A stretch of 63,179 nucleotides of DNA, the filler included, from Collodictyon triciliatum (Eukaryota), in the NCBI GenBank assembly GCA_043381765.1. It is 19 parts of 19 records of this genome, joined end to end, with 100 filler letters (N's around TTAATTAATTAA, not from the genome) between each part and the next. Parts side by side here need not be neighbours in the genome. Positions count along the whole stretch, not along the records: positions 12,606 to 15,888 come from JBHJMP010007522.1; positions 15,989 to 19,269 come from JBHJMP010007525.1; positions 19,370 to 22,649 come from JBHJMP010007526.1; positions 22,750 to 26,029 come from JBHJMP010007527.1; positions 26,130 to 29,409 come from JBHJMP010007528.1; 14 more parts are not named here. The stretch is one strand, 5' to 3'. A program made the position numbers and the translations under genes. Below are positions 12,881-26,244 of this stretch, in pieces. The notes beneath the pieces are model-generated. The model did not search any database, was not told the origin of the DNA, and worked only from the letters and a program-made list of their open reading frames with translations. Numbering within the stretch: position 1 is the stretch's first letter; each line of letters begins with the position of its first letter.

Positions 12881-14579
12881 AATATAGATAACATAACACA
12901 CAAAATAATGTATGAAAAAAACAGATGAAAAAACAGATAAAATATAGGGAATAGGGAAAGGCATACAGGGTTGGATCTCGTGTTTCGGTCTGGGTTGAGC
13001 ATGAACGAGCCTTCTTATGTCCCAGTTCGACATCCAATAAGACAGTCGTTATCCCAGGAACGACGGTGGGAAAGGACATCGACCTGAAAAGAAAACTACA
13101 AACCAAAACTGAAAACATAATTACGACTTTAATACTGTGTGTCCAGGTAATTAAATTAAAAAATCAAGAAAAGTGTTTCCGTATTATGGAGAGGGCCTAT
13201 TGTTTTAGGAGTTGTGCGACGAGGGACGGACAAACAAAAGGCAGACATAGGCAATAAATTGCTAAAAACCTTATCGAGGAAAAAACGAAAGGAAAAACGA
13301 AAGGAAAAAACGAAAGAAAAAGAAAAAGAAAAAGAAAAAGAAAAAGAAAAAGAAAAAGAAAAAGAAAAAGAAAAAGAAAAAGAAAAGAAAAATTAAAGGA
13401 AAGAACAAAGTCTTTTGTCATAATGTAGAATTAATATTTAAGGGCAAAAACCGCAAAAAGGATCGAACTCTAGCAAATAGAGTTTTAGACAGAAAGTGTG
13501 ATCTTCTCGAGTTCGAGACCCGACGAAACATTTAAACGCACGGAAAGCTTCATGGCGACCCTTTGGAAACAAAAAGGTCTTCATTCTTTTTTTTTTTCTT
13601 TTCTCCTCGCTGACTGAACTCATTCGGGTCATTTGGTGCATTCCCATATGTGTTTGACAACCAACATTATTTTGAGATATACATCTGCCTCATGCGCACC
13701 AGCGAAAAAAAAAAAGAAAAGAAAAGGGTGAAGATAGAAGAAAAAAACACGAAAACTATTGCTTGTGTTGCAAGTATTGATTAAATGCTGCCTCTTCTCA
13801 CGGCATCCGTAGTTTGTGAGTGTTAATCAGCCCAGTGTCCTTCCTTCCACGGCCTTTTAAAGAGCTGCGAATGAAGTCGCGCGCTTATAGGAAATCGCCC
13901 GCCTCAATGCCAGCAAGCACGGCGAGCGGAAACATGGTTATATCTTTTAGGTCATTCAATAAGTTCCAGGAGTAGAATTAAATAACCGTGATTTTGAATC
14001 TAAATTATTAATATTCTACACAAATATTGAAAAGTAAGTGACATAGACGGTTAAAGCTGAAATATGATTGGACAAAAAGATTTATATATATATTCCACAT
14101 GTTATCAAATCATATATGGCATGGATTCTCAGATTTGTTCGACAGGCCACAAGCCCTTGCCAAAGAGTCAGAGATTCGATTCCAATTGCAGAAAAACAAC
14201 AACAACAACCACAATAAAAGATAAAAAAAAATTAAAAAAAAAAAAGCAAGAAAACAAAGAAAGAGTATGAAAAGTGAGAGAATCATGAGTTGCGTGAGCC
14301 CAGTCAAGCTACGCTCATCGTCAGGACAGATACTCTTCACGACCGCCGAAAGGGTCACATGTGTTGAGCGTCTGAGAAGGAAGCAACTGCAACTACCGCA
14401 AAAGCTGCCTTTCTTAATTATCATATCATTTGGTTGCATAGTAACATATCATCCAAGTACAAGCTGCTCTGTTTCGTTCAAGACAACCCCTTCAACAGTT
14501 TCTGTTCTCCTTGTTCTTGCAACCAAACAAACCATTTAGGTGAAGACTACTACAAAGGCTCATACAAACAGTCTTACAG

Positions 14580-15110
14580 ATGGTCTCTGAAGGTGGGCTC
14601 GTTGCAATCAAAGCTGTAGCTGCTGGTCTTTCTTCTGGTCTTCTGAGCATCTTTGTGACGCGAATAGTCGAGAAGCTTGGTGGCGTCAAAGGAAGCATTC
14701 TCGGGTAGCGCTGAGCACTCCTTCTTTAAATATGACACAGCTACCCTTATCTTCATACTCTCTTAGTCCTCTTGGCTCCACCTGTCACGCCAACCCCGCT
14801 TTATGTTCACTTTTTTCTCGTCTCATTTATCTTGTTCTCTCGTTTTCTCTAAATTATTGATAAAGTTATGTTTGCCAGTTATTCTTCCAAGAACCATATT
14901 ATTACTGAGTTTGCATAGGTTTAAACACGGAAATGATAAAAACCTGCACTATCTCACTCATGATTTCAGTTTATCATAAATACAATTCTAATCGATTCTC
15001 GTAGGTTTCTGCCTACTATCGTGGTCCCCACTTCTGTGGGGCTTGCTCTGGTCGCTGAGACATACGAAGGATTCCAAGAGTCCATGCTTGCAATTCCATG
15101 CTCAATGTAA
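14580..15110 (+). CDS. Small hydrophobic membrane protein (two exons, ~76 aa), possibly truncated
   Basis: Exon 14580-14704 MVSEGGLVAIKAVAAGLSSGLLSIFVTRIVEKLGGVKGSIL, GT-AG intron 14705-15004, exon 15005-15110 (G)FLPTIVVPTSVGLALVAETYEGFQESMLAIPCSM*. Confidence 0.55.
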
Positions 15111-15195
15111 AATAACAAAATAACAAAAACGCAACAAATCGCATACTCGAGCTGAAGACACAGTTTATAATGCTTTATTGAGCGAATACCAGCAA

Positions 15196-15520
15196 CTACT
15201 TGGAATCTGCAGCCTTTTGAGGCTGCACTGGCCTTACAGATTGACCGGAGCTAGAATTTGAGAAAGAAGAAAATGTGGGTCAAACATGAGTTGTGTAATT
15301 TACTGAAATTATGTGAATGAAAAGGTTCAGTAAACATATATTCAATCATTCATATCATCCGGAGCAAGATACACGAGAACTAGGATAAATGCACACATTT
15401 GTACATAGTCTAATCTGGTGAACTTACAGTTTGAGCATTTGGGCGTTGGTCAGCAGATTCAGAACGACAGGACGAGGTGGGTTTGTTTCAGGGTCTTCGG
15501 GTGTTGGGTTTCTGATTTCG
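15196..15520 (-). CDS. 3' exons of an unidentified protein
   Basis: cag|(S)EIRNPTPEDPETNPPRPVVLNLLTNAQMLKL|gtaagt ... tag|SGQSVRPVQPQKAADSK* followed by AATAAA; no family recognised. Confidence 0.4.
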
Positions 15521-15794
15521 CTGCATTCATATTGATTTTTTTAAAAGGGTTAACATTTATGAAGAGTGCCTCACGAGATATTAAGTAATTGCGATATAGT
15601 GGTATATATCAATATGACCAAAGACGATATGCTTATGGTTTTAGCAAGCCTCTATCTACAAAAACCTGAGCGTTGCTGACGGAGGTGCACTGTTGTATCC
15701 AGATGATTTCTCGTTTATTCTCCCGGATATACCTAGATATAATTTTGATAATTTTCTTAACCAAACAGTAAAAAAGAGAAAAAACGCGAAAAAC

Positions 15795-15882
<88 letters not shown>

Positions 15883-15988
15883 AAAAAANNNNNNNNNNNN
15901 NNNNNNNNNNNNNNNNNNNNNNNNNNNNNNNNTTAATTAATTAANNNNNNNNNNNNNNNNNNNNNNNNNNNNNNNNNNNNNNNNNNNN

Positions 15989-16068
15989 TCATTATCATTA
16001 TCATTATCATTATCATTATCATTATCATTATCATTATCATTATCATTATCATTATCATTATCATTATC

Positions 16069-16099
<31 letters not shown>

Positions 16100-16225
16100 A
16101 TATTATTAATATTATTAATATTATTATTACTATTATTATTACTATTATTATTACTATTATTATTACTATTATTATTACTATTATTATTACTATTATTACT
16201 GTTGTTGTTGTTGTTGTTGCTGTTG
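15989..16225. repeat. Compound microsatellite (ATTATC)n/(ATT/ACT)n/(GTT)n
   Basis: Directly visible. Confidence 0.9.
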
Positions 16226-17168
16226 TTTTGTTTTTGTTATTGTAGTTGTTTACTTCGTGGGATTGCTTATTGATTCTTCATCGTTGCATCCCCTGATTCT
16301 ACTTATTTTTCATCCTTTATTCGAATTTTACATCCCTGTTTATTTATTTATTTAATTACTTCCAACGATAAATACATAACACTATGCTTAAGCCATTATC
16401 ATTTTGCGAGTAACATCTTTTCCCCTCCAAATAGCGTCCAAACAAGCATCTTAAGTATGTTGTCGGGGATGCTTCAGCCTCTTCGTCTGCAACATTCCTA
16501 AATTGTCGAGGCTAGCGCTGTTGATACTGCAATCGTTTCTCCTGTGATTTTCTTTCCCCTTTTATTTGATTCAAGCGAAATGAGGGTTTTTAGATTAGAA
16601 AAAAGTTGCGTTTAGTTGTATCTTTTTGGCGATGGAAACAATTCTTCCGAACACCACGCGACAGAAATCAGTATATTCTATTTGTGGAATATATGATTTT
16701 GATAAAGTATATGCCTTTAGAGACATGTGCGATAGTGTATTTACCAAATACTCTGTAAATTTCTATATTCTAATTATTATACTATTTATAAAACTTACCA
16801 CATTTAGAATCTTTTACTGAAAGTGTGTAGAAACTGTTAAGAACGTGAGAAAATGTCAGAATGGACTCTGATGCGCGATTTTTTCCGGAGCCAAAGCGAC
16901 CATTTCGGGTCGAAGAACCAGGGAGTCTGATCAAACCAGGCGCTGATATACGCGGATGAGAAAGAGCCACACATTTCCACCGTCAGCCAGCAGGATCGCT
17001 CGCGGATGTTGGGCACCAACTATGTTGTGTGCTCTTTTGCTTCAGCCTTGTTACCTTTGATTCCTTTTGGTTTTCTACGGTTCTTTTATCTCCCCTTTTT
17101 TTCTCCCCTTTTTTTTTGTACTCTTTTTTTTTCGCTCTTTCTTTTGCTCTTTTTTTGCTCTTTTTTTT

Positions 17169-17251
<83 letters not shown>

Positions 17252-17437
17252 CTTTTTTTCTCTTCTGATACAAGAGCCTTCTTGTACAATACTTTTTTCT
17301 CATAGAAAAATAATTTAATGTTTTATCGCAAACTCTTTGAATCGAATTAAGGAAAAAATTGTTTAATTGCAAACTAATCGACTACATGATAATGCTGATG
17401 TCTGATAAATTTGCTCTGAATGTTGTTTTCTATCAGA

Positions 17438-17565
17438 TTGATAGTCTCATTTCTGGGATGGCGAGATGCGTAGCTTTTCTGATTCTTACCAGTGGTAGTC
17501 TACGATTCCATTTTATTTTTCTCATAGTGTCCCACAGGCACTGATTTATTTATTTATTCATTCAT

Positions 17566-17624
<59 letters not shown>

Positions 17625-19266
17625 TTCATTTACTTTTAAAAAAGAAATGAAATTTCGAAATCTTACAAGGTCTTAATATGACATTCAGTTCTCAGTTTTC
17701 ATGAATCATATGCTTCAATATGGGAAGTTGATTCGTCAACTCCTTATCCCTCATCAATTACCCGTATGGGTTACTACAAAGGGAAACTGCACTTGCTGAA
17801 TAATTTGTAAAACTTAAAATCAAAGATAGTAGTGAATCGACATCAAACTAATTGAAATTAACTCGAAGATAATTTAGTTAGAGTCAACTTTTTCGGCTAA
17901 TTATTGAAGTGATTTATATTGACGCAGCTCAGGAAATGAGGTTTTGTTGACTGATCCGCACATAGATAAAATACGCATATGCGAAACTGGTGAGTAATCA
18001 TACTTTTGGCGATTAAGAATTCATGACTTTTCGTTTTTTCATTTTTCATACTATTGTGTTTTTATCTACTTTTCGCTTTGTAACTTTTTTTCGTCAAAAA
18101 AAAAAGAGACTCTTCAATGGAGTCTACAAATTACAACCGGGGACAACCCACCCTCGCGCTCAAACTTTGCATTTCAAATAGACGAAGAAAAGGGCAAGGT
18201 TACATATTTGGCTTATTCTATTTTCATCGAACGTGCTAAAAACAAAAACAGATTTTTTTAATTATCTTTTATTTTGTTTCTTTCGAGTGCTTACTTCCCT
18301 AAAAATTCTTCAATGAGCAGTTATATCTTTTTGGGGGCCTCATCGATGATGGTTATCTGAACGACCTTCACGTCCTGTCGTTGGACACATTCATTTGGAA
18401 AAGCCTTTCTCCTCAAGGACCCAGACCTTCGAAGAGGTTCCTTCCCTATCCATTCGTTTGGGATAATCACTTTTACATTATCGGAGGAAATAACCCAGTT
18501 GGGATGACAGACGTTTGGAAATACTCACCAGGTTTCTTTTAAACAGAAATCCAGCCTATTATTCCATTCAACGTCAAAGTAATTCACAATATGATAATAA
18601 TATGGAATTATTAATACTTTCTTTTGTTTAAATATATAAAATTAGATGATAATACGTGGAGAGTGGTTGATAATTCATATAATCCTGTGAAACCTCAGTT
18701 CGGTGCTGATGGTATCTTTGAAGGGAGCAAGTACTACATTTATGGAGGTTGTGGTGTCCTCGACACATCATGCCCCGCCCAATTGGTTGTTTTCGATGCT
18801 AGTAAGTAAACGCATGTTTAACGATTTTGAAGAACATCGTGTCACGACTAACTAATTCTTCTCTCTCTTTTAGGCACATCTAAGTGGGAGCCATCTGTCA
18901 CATATCCATTTTTATCACAAAACTATGCCACCATTAAAATACACAACGACATCATCTACGCTCTGGGTGGTCATGTGAATGGGGCCTTTTTACTCACCGA
19001 ATTTCCAATCACAAAGATAGATTTGAGTAATAATTATCTGTATTATTTAATTCTGTCCCCACAAGAACTTAAATCGCATCATATACAACTAGGAACGAAA
19101 GCTGTCATCAGCCAAGAAGTATTTTCCACCATGCTCTCGTCGCTCTATCCCATTCAGTTTCCCTCTGGATTAATATTTATGTCTTCACTCTTGGTTGGAG
19201 ATAAATTTTATTGCGTTGGAGGGATAAACATGGCTGGGAACAACCACATATGGATTTATGACCCTG
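17438..19266 (+). CDS. Multi-exon Kelch-repeat protein, fragment (5' boundary approximate)
   Basis: TLQWSLQITTGDNPPSRSNFAF | LYLFGGLIDDGYLNDLHVLSLDTFIWKSLSPQGPRPSKR...FYIIGGNNP | KYYIYGGCG | IYALGGH...FYCVGGINMAGNNHIWIYDP, with GT-AG boundaries. Confidence 0.85.
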
Positions 19267-19369
19267 GTANNNNNNNNNNNNNNNNNNNNNNNNNNNNNNN
19301 NNNNNNNNNNNNNTTAATTAATTAANNNNNNNNNNNNNNNNNNNNNNNNNNNNNNNNNNNNNNNNNNNN

Positions 19370-19605
19370 GAGTTTGTGTTTGAAGGAGAAGAAGCGGAGC
19401 TCACTGCGACACTGAAGCTTCGTCGGCACATCATTTACAAGTACGATTCTTTTTATAATGTTTTTTTTTAAAAAAAAAAGACTGAATATGAATGATTACG
19501 CCCAAACAGATACAGAAGCGGGATGAAGGTTACTGAGTTTTGCCTTTTAGGAAATACCACAAGGAAATCGAAGCCTTGTATGGCGCTGACTTTGTGAGCA
19601 AGTAA
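19370..19605 (+). CDS. Long-chain acyl-CoA synthetase, C-terminal exons (upstream tandem copy)
   Basis: EFVFEGEEAELTATLKLRRHIIYK|KYHKEIEALYGADFVSK* carries the ELTxTLKLxR...Y..EIE.LY terminus of long-chain ACS enzymes. Confidence 0.88.
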
Positions 19606-20915
19606 AACAAGACAGTGGTGGAGAATCACAATTTCAAAAAAAAAAAAAAATCGGAAGTTTACGAACTTAAGTTTATATGTTCAAGAACCAGAGAGAGAAT
19701 GGATAAGTACATTTTGCGGCACTATTCGTGCTCTTGGTTTCGATGTAGTCTCGGAGATAGACACACAAGAACGGGCAACTATGCCAGCATTCCTTGGCTT
19801 GATGAAATGTGAGATTTGCGATTTTAGCATTTTCAGTCTCCTCCCTTATCTGTGGAAAATTCCACAAAAGAAAATATTGACCGATGCGCGCGTGTGCTAT
19901 TCAAAATATCAAATTTCATTGAAGTTCTATTTTGTGGGAAAGACATAGACATATTTGGAGACGGTTATTGACATCTCGAAACATCATTGGAATTTATTCC
20001 CTTTTTGGTCATTTTCTCCGATTCCGTTCCAAATGGAGACAGTCACACACAAACACACGCCCTTTTCTGTACTCTAGTATATGTGGAAAATACATAATAA
20101 TCCGTATTTGTCGCACTGATTAATTACTCGCGACCTTATACATGTAAAATCAATTACATTAATATACAATGCATATGGTGATATAGAAATTACTCTCTAT
20201 ATCCCTGTATTAGCTTCAATACTAACTATTGGACAGTGGACCATGACTTAGCATTCAAAGGTCATCCCTTTACGACAAACGAGCGCGTGCATTTTGTGCG
20301 TGCGCAGAAAAGTGATTGCAACAACACGCGCGCATAAGAAACGAGCACCCGCCATTTGTCCGCAGAAATTCTCGTGGACGAAAAATTTCCTTTTCTTTTT
20401 CTCGTTCCTTATTCTTTTTTCTTTCTTTTTTAAACTTGTCCAAGACCGAGCGCACGAGCACACATCGCACTTCCGTAACGGACGAACTATAACAGGCTAT
20501 GTTCTGCATCTTAAAGGTCTGCGCGCTTCAGATTGCATTTTTTGTCTCCGTGTGAGTGTTGTGAAACATCGGGGCACAGCAAAGACCTTTCTCCAGAAGC
20601 ACAAGCAGTTCTGCTTGTATCCGCGTGTGCTGTGCAAAGCGACTCGAAGCGACTCGAATCAAGTCAAATCGCTCGAGTCTGCAACGTCCTGCCGAGGCCA
20701 AACTGCATTCTCAGTCTGCTTTCATCTGCACTGAGTACTGACGAACCCTTTCCACCTCACGCAAGGACAAAGTACGCCAAGGAAGCGACGCAAGACTTGA
20801 GAGCAGCAAACAAAAACAAAAACAAAAACAAAAACAAAAACAAAAACAAAAACAAAAACAAAAACAAAAACAAAAACAAAACAAAAACAAAAACAAATAA
20901 GCAAAGGGAAGCAAT

Positions 20916-22474
20916 ATGTCGTCCCCGAGAATCCAGCGCCCACCCATCCCAAAGACCCCGGAGAAGTACTTCACCATTCCCGCCTACTTCAAGGAGACTG
21001 CTGAAAAGTATGTTGTTATTCATCCTGATCCATTTTCTTTCTCTTTTTCTTTTTCTTTTTCATTTTCATTTTCATTTTCATTTTCATTTTCAATGATGGA
21101 CTCGAAAAGCTTTCCGCCAAAACGCGGGAGCAGCCAGTGTTTTGTTATTCCTTGCCACGCCTCACCGCGCTCTCATACCAAACGCAGATACCCTTCTGCT
21201 GCCGCCTTGCATGTCAAGAGAGGCGACCGCTGGGTCACCTGGACATACACCCAATATCGTGAGGATGTCTTGACTGCTGCCAAGGTGAGACATGCCGAGC
21301 CACACAAAAAGTCGGACGAAGTCACCACACTCATATTGCGTATGCCAAGCATTTCCTTGTTGTCACCTTCAAACTGTATACCTCTTCGTCTTTTGCTCAC
21401 ACTATGAACCTCTCACGCGCTAGGCTATGATAGCATGCGGCATGGAGGAGAGAAAGTCCATATCTATCATCGGCTTCAACAGTCCCGAGTGGCTGATTGC
21501 GGCTTATGGAGCATTTCATGCTTGTGGGGTGGTCTCAGGAATATACACAACGAATAGTCCCGAGCAGTGCTTCTACATCACCGACCACAGTGACTCTCAG
21601 GTAGGACCACAAAGCAGGCACGTCAGGACATGTTTTAGCATCTAATTTATTATCTTACAAAAAAAAAAAGAGGGCAAAGGAGGCAAACAACATGAAAGCA
21701 GTCGAACACTCTTTTCTTTTTCTTTTTCTGTTGTTGTCATTCCCTTCATTTCACTCTTTTTTTTCTCGATTACAGCTCGTGTTTGTGGAGAACCTGTCGC
21801 AGCTAGCAAAGTACAAGGTGATACGCAGCCAACTGACGAAGCTGAAGACTATAGTATTGATGGACAATGCAAACGACCCGGACGGGTGGGCGATAACATG
21901 GAATAAGTTCATGAGCATGGGAGACAGCGTGAGTATACGATAGGAATATGCATATAAAATCAGTATATATTTTAGAATGAGCTCTATCCTAATAGAAGAG
22001 TGAGTAGAGTAAGATATATCTGTTCTCAGGTAGCGGACATTGAGCTTCGCAAGAGAATCGACAAGATACAGCTGGACGATGTATGCTCATTGATATATAC
22101 ATCAGGAACAACAGGGACACCAAAGGGAGTGATGATGACTCACAAGAACGTTAGCTGGATATTGCTCTCAGTTCAAAGTATTCTTGGATTCACTAACTTA
22201 GATGAGATTGTCAGCTACCTTCCTCTCAGGTAGCGTTCGCAAGCATTACATGCTCAATAATATTTGCCTGTTTCTAGATATTTCTCGTTCAAAGTACAAA
22301 CAACATAAGAACTTATCATGGAAACCGACTCTGTAAGTCTTGGGACTGACATCAAAACTTGATTGATTGAACAGCCATGTCGCCGAGCAAGTAGCCAGCT
22401 GCTTTCTGCCCTGTTATGTTGGTGCGCAAGTGCACTTTGCTACCCCTGATGCACTCAAGGGGGGCCTTGTGAAT
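20916..22474 (+). CDS. Long-chain acyl-CoA synthetase, bubblegum (ACSBG)-like; 5' half
   Basis: [41 protein letters not shown]-binding motif [33 protein letters not shown] and FATPDALKG. Confidence 0.93.
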
Positions 22475-22529
22475 GTATGATTTTCTTTGAATCACATATA
22501 CGTTAAGTGTAATTTTCATTACTAATGAC

Positions 22530-22649
<120 letters not shown>

Positions 22650-23029
22650 NNNNNNNNNNNNNNNNNNNNNNNNNNNNNNNNNNNNNNNNNNNNTTAATTA
22701 ATTAANNNNNNNNNNNNNNNNNNNNNNNNNNNNNNNNNNNNNNNNNNNNTCTTTTCTTTTTTCATTGTTCCTTTTTTTTCCTTTTTTCCTTTTTTCCTTT
22801 TTTCCTTTTTTCCTTTTTTACTTTTACTTTTACTTTTACTTTTACTTTTACATTTACTTTTACTTATACTTATACTTATACTTATACTTATACTTATACT
22901 TATACTTTTGCTTTTACTTATACTTATACTTATACTTTTACTTTTACTTTTGCTTTTACTTTTACTTCTTAATTTCATCTGCAGAATAAATATCTAATTA
23001 TTTTCAACAATTGGCGACAGGCTTTAAAG

Positions 23030-25831
23030 ATGAGTGCCCCTAAAAGCTCGACGCTGGATAGCTATGAAGTTTTGGAGGTGATAGGAAAGGGATCATTCGG
23101 CTTGGTCACTAAAGTCCGCCGCAAAGCAGATTCTCAGGTATTTGACACTCAGAATATATATGCTATGAGTTGTAATTTGGTTTTGTTTTAGTCCAAGTTT
23201 TCTTAGCATACACTACAACTCGTTTGGGTAGAAGCAATCATCGACACAATCGTTAAACAAAACCACTTTTTCTTGCAGAGTCCTCTTTTAATAATAATAA
23301 TGATAATGATATGCAGTCTCAATAAAAGCCCAGCAATTCCTAATCCGAAATGCTCTAGGTCTTGGTCTGGAAGGAACTAGACTATGGATGCATGAACGAA
23401 AAGGAAAAGCAGCTTCTTGTTTCTGAAGTTAATATTCTTCGCGACTTGAGGCACACAAACATCGTCCGGTACTACGACAGGATTATCGATAGGGAAAGGA
23501 CAAAAATATACATTGTTATGGAGCTTTGTGAGGGTGGAGATCTCGCTAGAATCATCAAAAGATGCAAAAAGAATAAGTACACGATGCAACGTGGCTCGCC
23601 CTTATTATCTACACCTATTATATATTTATCTCTATTTATATATGTGTAAATCCAAATGCAAATCCAAATGGAAATAAAGATGAAAAGTACATATTCATAA
23701 TAAACAATATCCACATGGATCTTAGTTTATGTCTGAAATCATTATAATCGTATTATTTGTGTGTTTTTTACCTTTAATAAGTAATTTATATATCCTTTTT
23801 TTCCACTTCTATTATTCATGGCTTGAATCTAATAATATGTACTAAAAGACAAGTCGAGTTTTGTTTCGTTTTCTTTTTCGTTTTCTTTTTCGTTTTCTTT
23901 TTCGTTTTCTTTTTCGTTTTCTTTTTCGTTTTCTTTTTCGTTTTCTTTTTCGTTTTCTTTTTTCTGTATTTAACTTTTTAGCCCTACTATTTTAAATCCA
24001 TATGAGCTTGCGTCAACTCTTGAATGCTATCTCATTTATAAATCTTCATCAGGACGTACATCGACGAGGACCAGATTTGGAAGATATTCTCCCAGGTTGT
24101 TCTCGCACTTTATGATTGCCACCACCACAGAAGCGGTGCCATTCTACATCGGGACATCAAACCAGGAAATATTTTTCTGGATGCCCAACAGAATGTGAAA
24201 CTTGGAGATTTTGGCCTGGCTCGTGTCTTGGGCAAAGAATCGGTCTTTGCAAAGACATATGTAGGGACACCGTTTTACATGTCGCCGGTAAGTATGATCT
24301 CAATCATAATATCTCTCAAATGACAGCACCAACATCCACTATGTTGATTACTTTATTTATTGACTAATATGCTTTCCTTTCCTTGTATACTTGGGATGGG
24401 TTATCTATGCTGTGTTTTTCATATGCTAAATCACAAAGGCGTATTGCACTGCTTTTTTTCTTATTGGCTCATTTTTTATAACCTCTTTATTCGCCCTTGG
24501 GTCTCTCACCCTTGAACACAGGAGCAAATAAATGAGCTTGCTTATAATGAAAAGTCAGATATATGGTCTCTCGGATGCCTACTTTACGAGCTTGCTGCAT
24601 TATCGTATATTTTATCTTATTTTTATTTTTATTTTTTTTTACATATTGATGTGATGAAGATATTGTTAGTTGTGATAAGTGTCGTGTGAAGATGAATGCT
24701 TTACTATAACGTGTTTATGCCTCAATACTCACAGTTCATCTTTGCTGTTAGGCCACCATTCGAAGCTACCAATCACCTTGCCTTAGCAACAAAGATACAG
24801 TCTGGTCGGTTTCCCGACCTTTTGCCTCCATACTCTGGTGATCTAAATCGCGTGATTAGGATGATGATTCAAGTTGAGGTTAGTTGAAACTCAATGGATA
24901 TTAACCAAACTTTTTTCACATCACCAGAAAATGTTTAGATTATTCAAGGAGGAGGGTTGAGAAAACAATGAACAGAAGGCACCAAACCATCTACATTGCC
25001 TATTTTCAATTCTCAGTGAAATCTAAAAGTACTTTGCGAATTAAATGTCTGTTTTATCATTTTTATATCATACTCTCCTATAGCAATCGAAAAGACCAAC
25101 CGTAGACGACTTGATGCAAATTCCTCAAGTAGCCTCTCGTGTTCGTGAAAAGAGAATCCGTGAACAGTAATCGATTATTATGAAATCAACAATGCTCTTA
25201 GTAATTTCAACAAAATCCACCAGTAACTCTGATGGAGAAAAAATGAATTTTAAAAGCACAAGAAATCATTAATATATATATTTGTCTGTACCTGCGCCGT
25301 CCTGGGATTATGTCCTCAGCATTTTTCAATATAAATAGACCATGCCATTCAAAAAAAATTATATCTGTTTAGATATTTGGTCGTTAAGAAACGAGAGGAA
25401 GAGTGCAGAAAACGAGAAGATACCCTGGAGTCTCGAGAGAATTCCATAATAGGTTGGAGCATGTCAATAAAGACATTTTGTTATACACATCCTCTGCCCA
25501 TGAATCCTTTTGATACTATGTATTATTTTTCAAGCAGAATTTTTTTGTATTGGTGTTGTTATTACTGCGATGTAGATGAAAAGCCGTTGTTTTCATCAAC
25601 TTAAAAGATGTATAATAAATCATTAGCCCGTGAAAAGGCCTTTGCCGAAAGGGAAGCATCTATAGGTATGAGAGAGAAAATTTTCTTGCAACGCGAAGAA
25701 GAGCTTTCAAATAGAGAACGCACCTTGTCAGACAAAGAACTTATGCTATTAAGTAAGGAAAAAGAACTGGCCCAATTACAAATGGAACATGAACAGATGG
25801 CTCGATATCGCGATCCATTTATGATAGAAAG
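23030..25831 (+). CDS. NEK2: NIMA-related kinase (NEK2-like) with a C-terminal coiled coil; 3' end missing
   Basis: YEVLEVIGKGSFGLVTKVRR | VLVWKELDYGCMNEKEKQLLVSEVNILRDLRHTNIVRYYDRIIDR...IYIVMELCEGGDL | ILHRDIKPGNIFLD..NVKLGDFGLARVL...AKTYVGTPFYMSP | EQINELAYNEKSDIWSLGCLLYEL; followed by an E/R/K-rich heptad tail. Confidence 0.93.
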
Positions 25832-26129
25832 GTTTAGATATATACTTGGCCGTGTACTGTAATTATTATCTTTTTATTATCTTTTTTGTTATCTTTTTTT
25901 ATTATCTTTTTTATTATCTTTTTTATTATCTTTTTTTATTATCTTTTTTTATTATCTTTTTTTATTATCTTTTTTTATTATCTTTTTTTATTATCTTTTT
26001 TTATTATCTTTTTTTATTATCTTTTTTATNNNNNNNNNNNNNNNNNNNNNNNNNNNNNNNNNNNNNNNNNNNNTTAATTAATTAANNNNNNNNNNNNNNN
26101 NNNNNNNNNNNNNNNNNNNNNNNNNNNNN

Positions 26130-26169
<40 letters not shown>

Positions 26170-26192
26170 TAATAATAATGATAATAATAATG

Positions 26193-26230
<38 letters not shown>

Positions 26231-26244
26231 AATAAATAAATATC

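Noticed and set aside
13480..13525. GTTCGAGACC B-box-like word suggesting a tRNA or SINE
   Set aside because: No cloverleaf or convincing A-box; no tRNA or rRNA gene was recognised anywhere in the window.
8961..17372. Many ORF-track entries of poly-F, poly-K or (FVCL)n type, and antisense ORFs over real genes (e.g. 4738-5289)
   Set aside because: They are translations of microsatellites, homopolymers, N runs or shadow frames.
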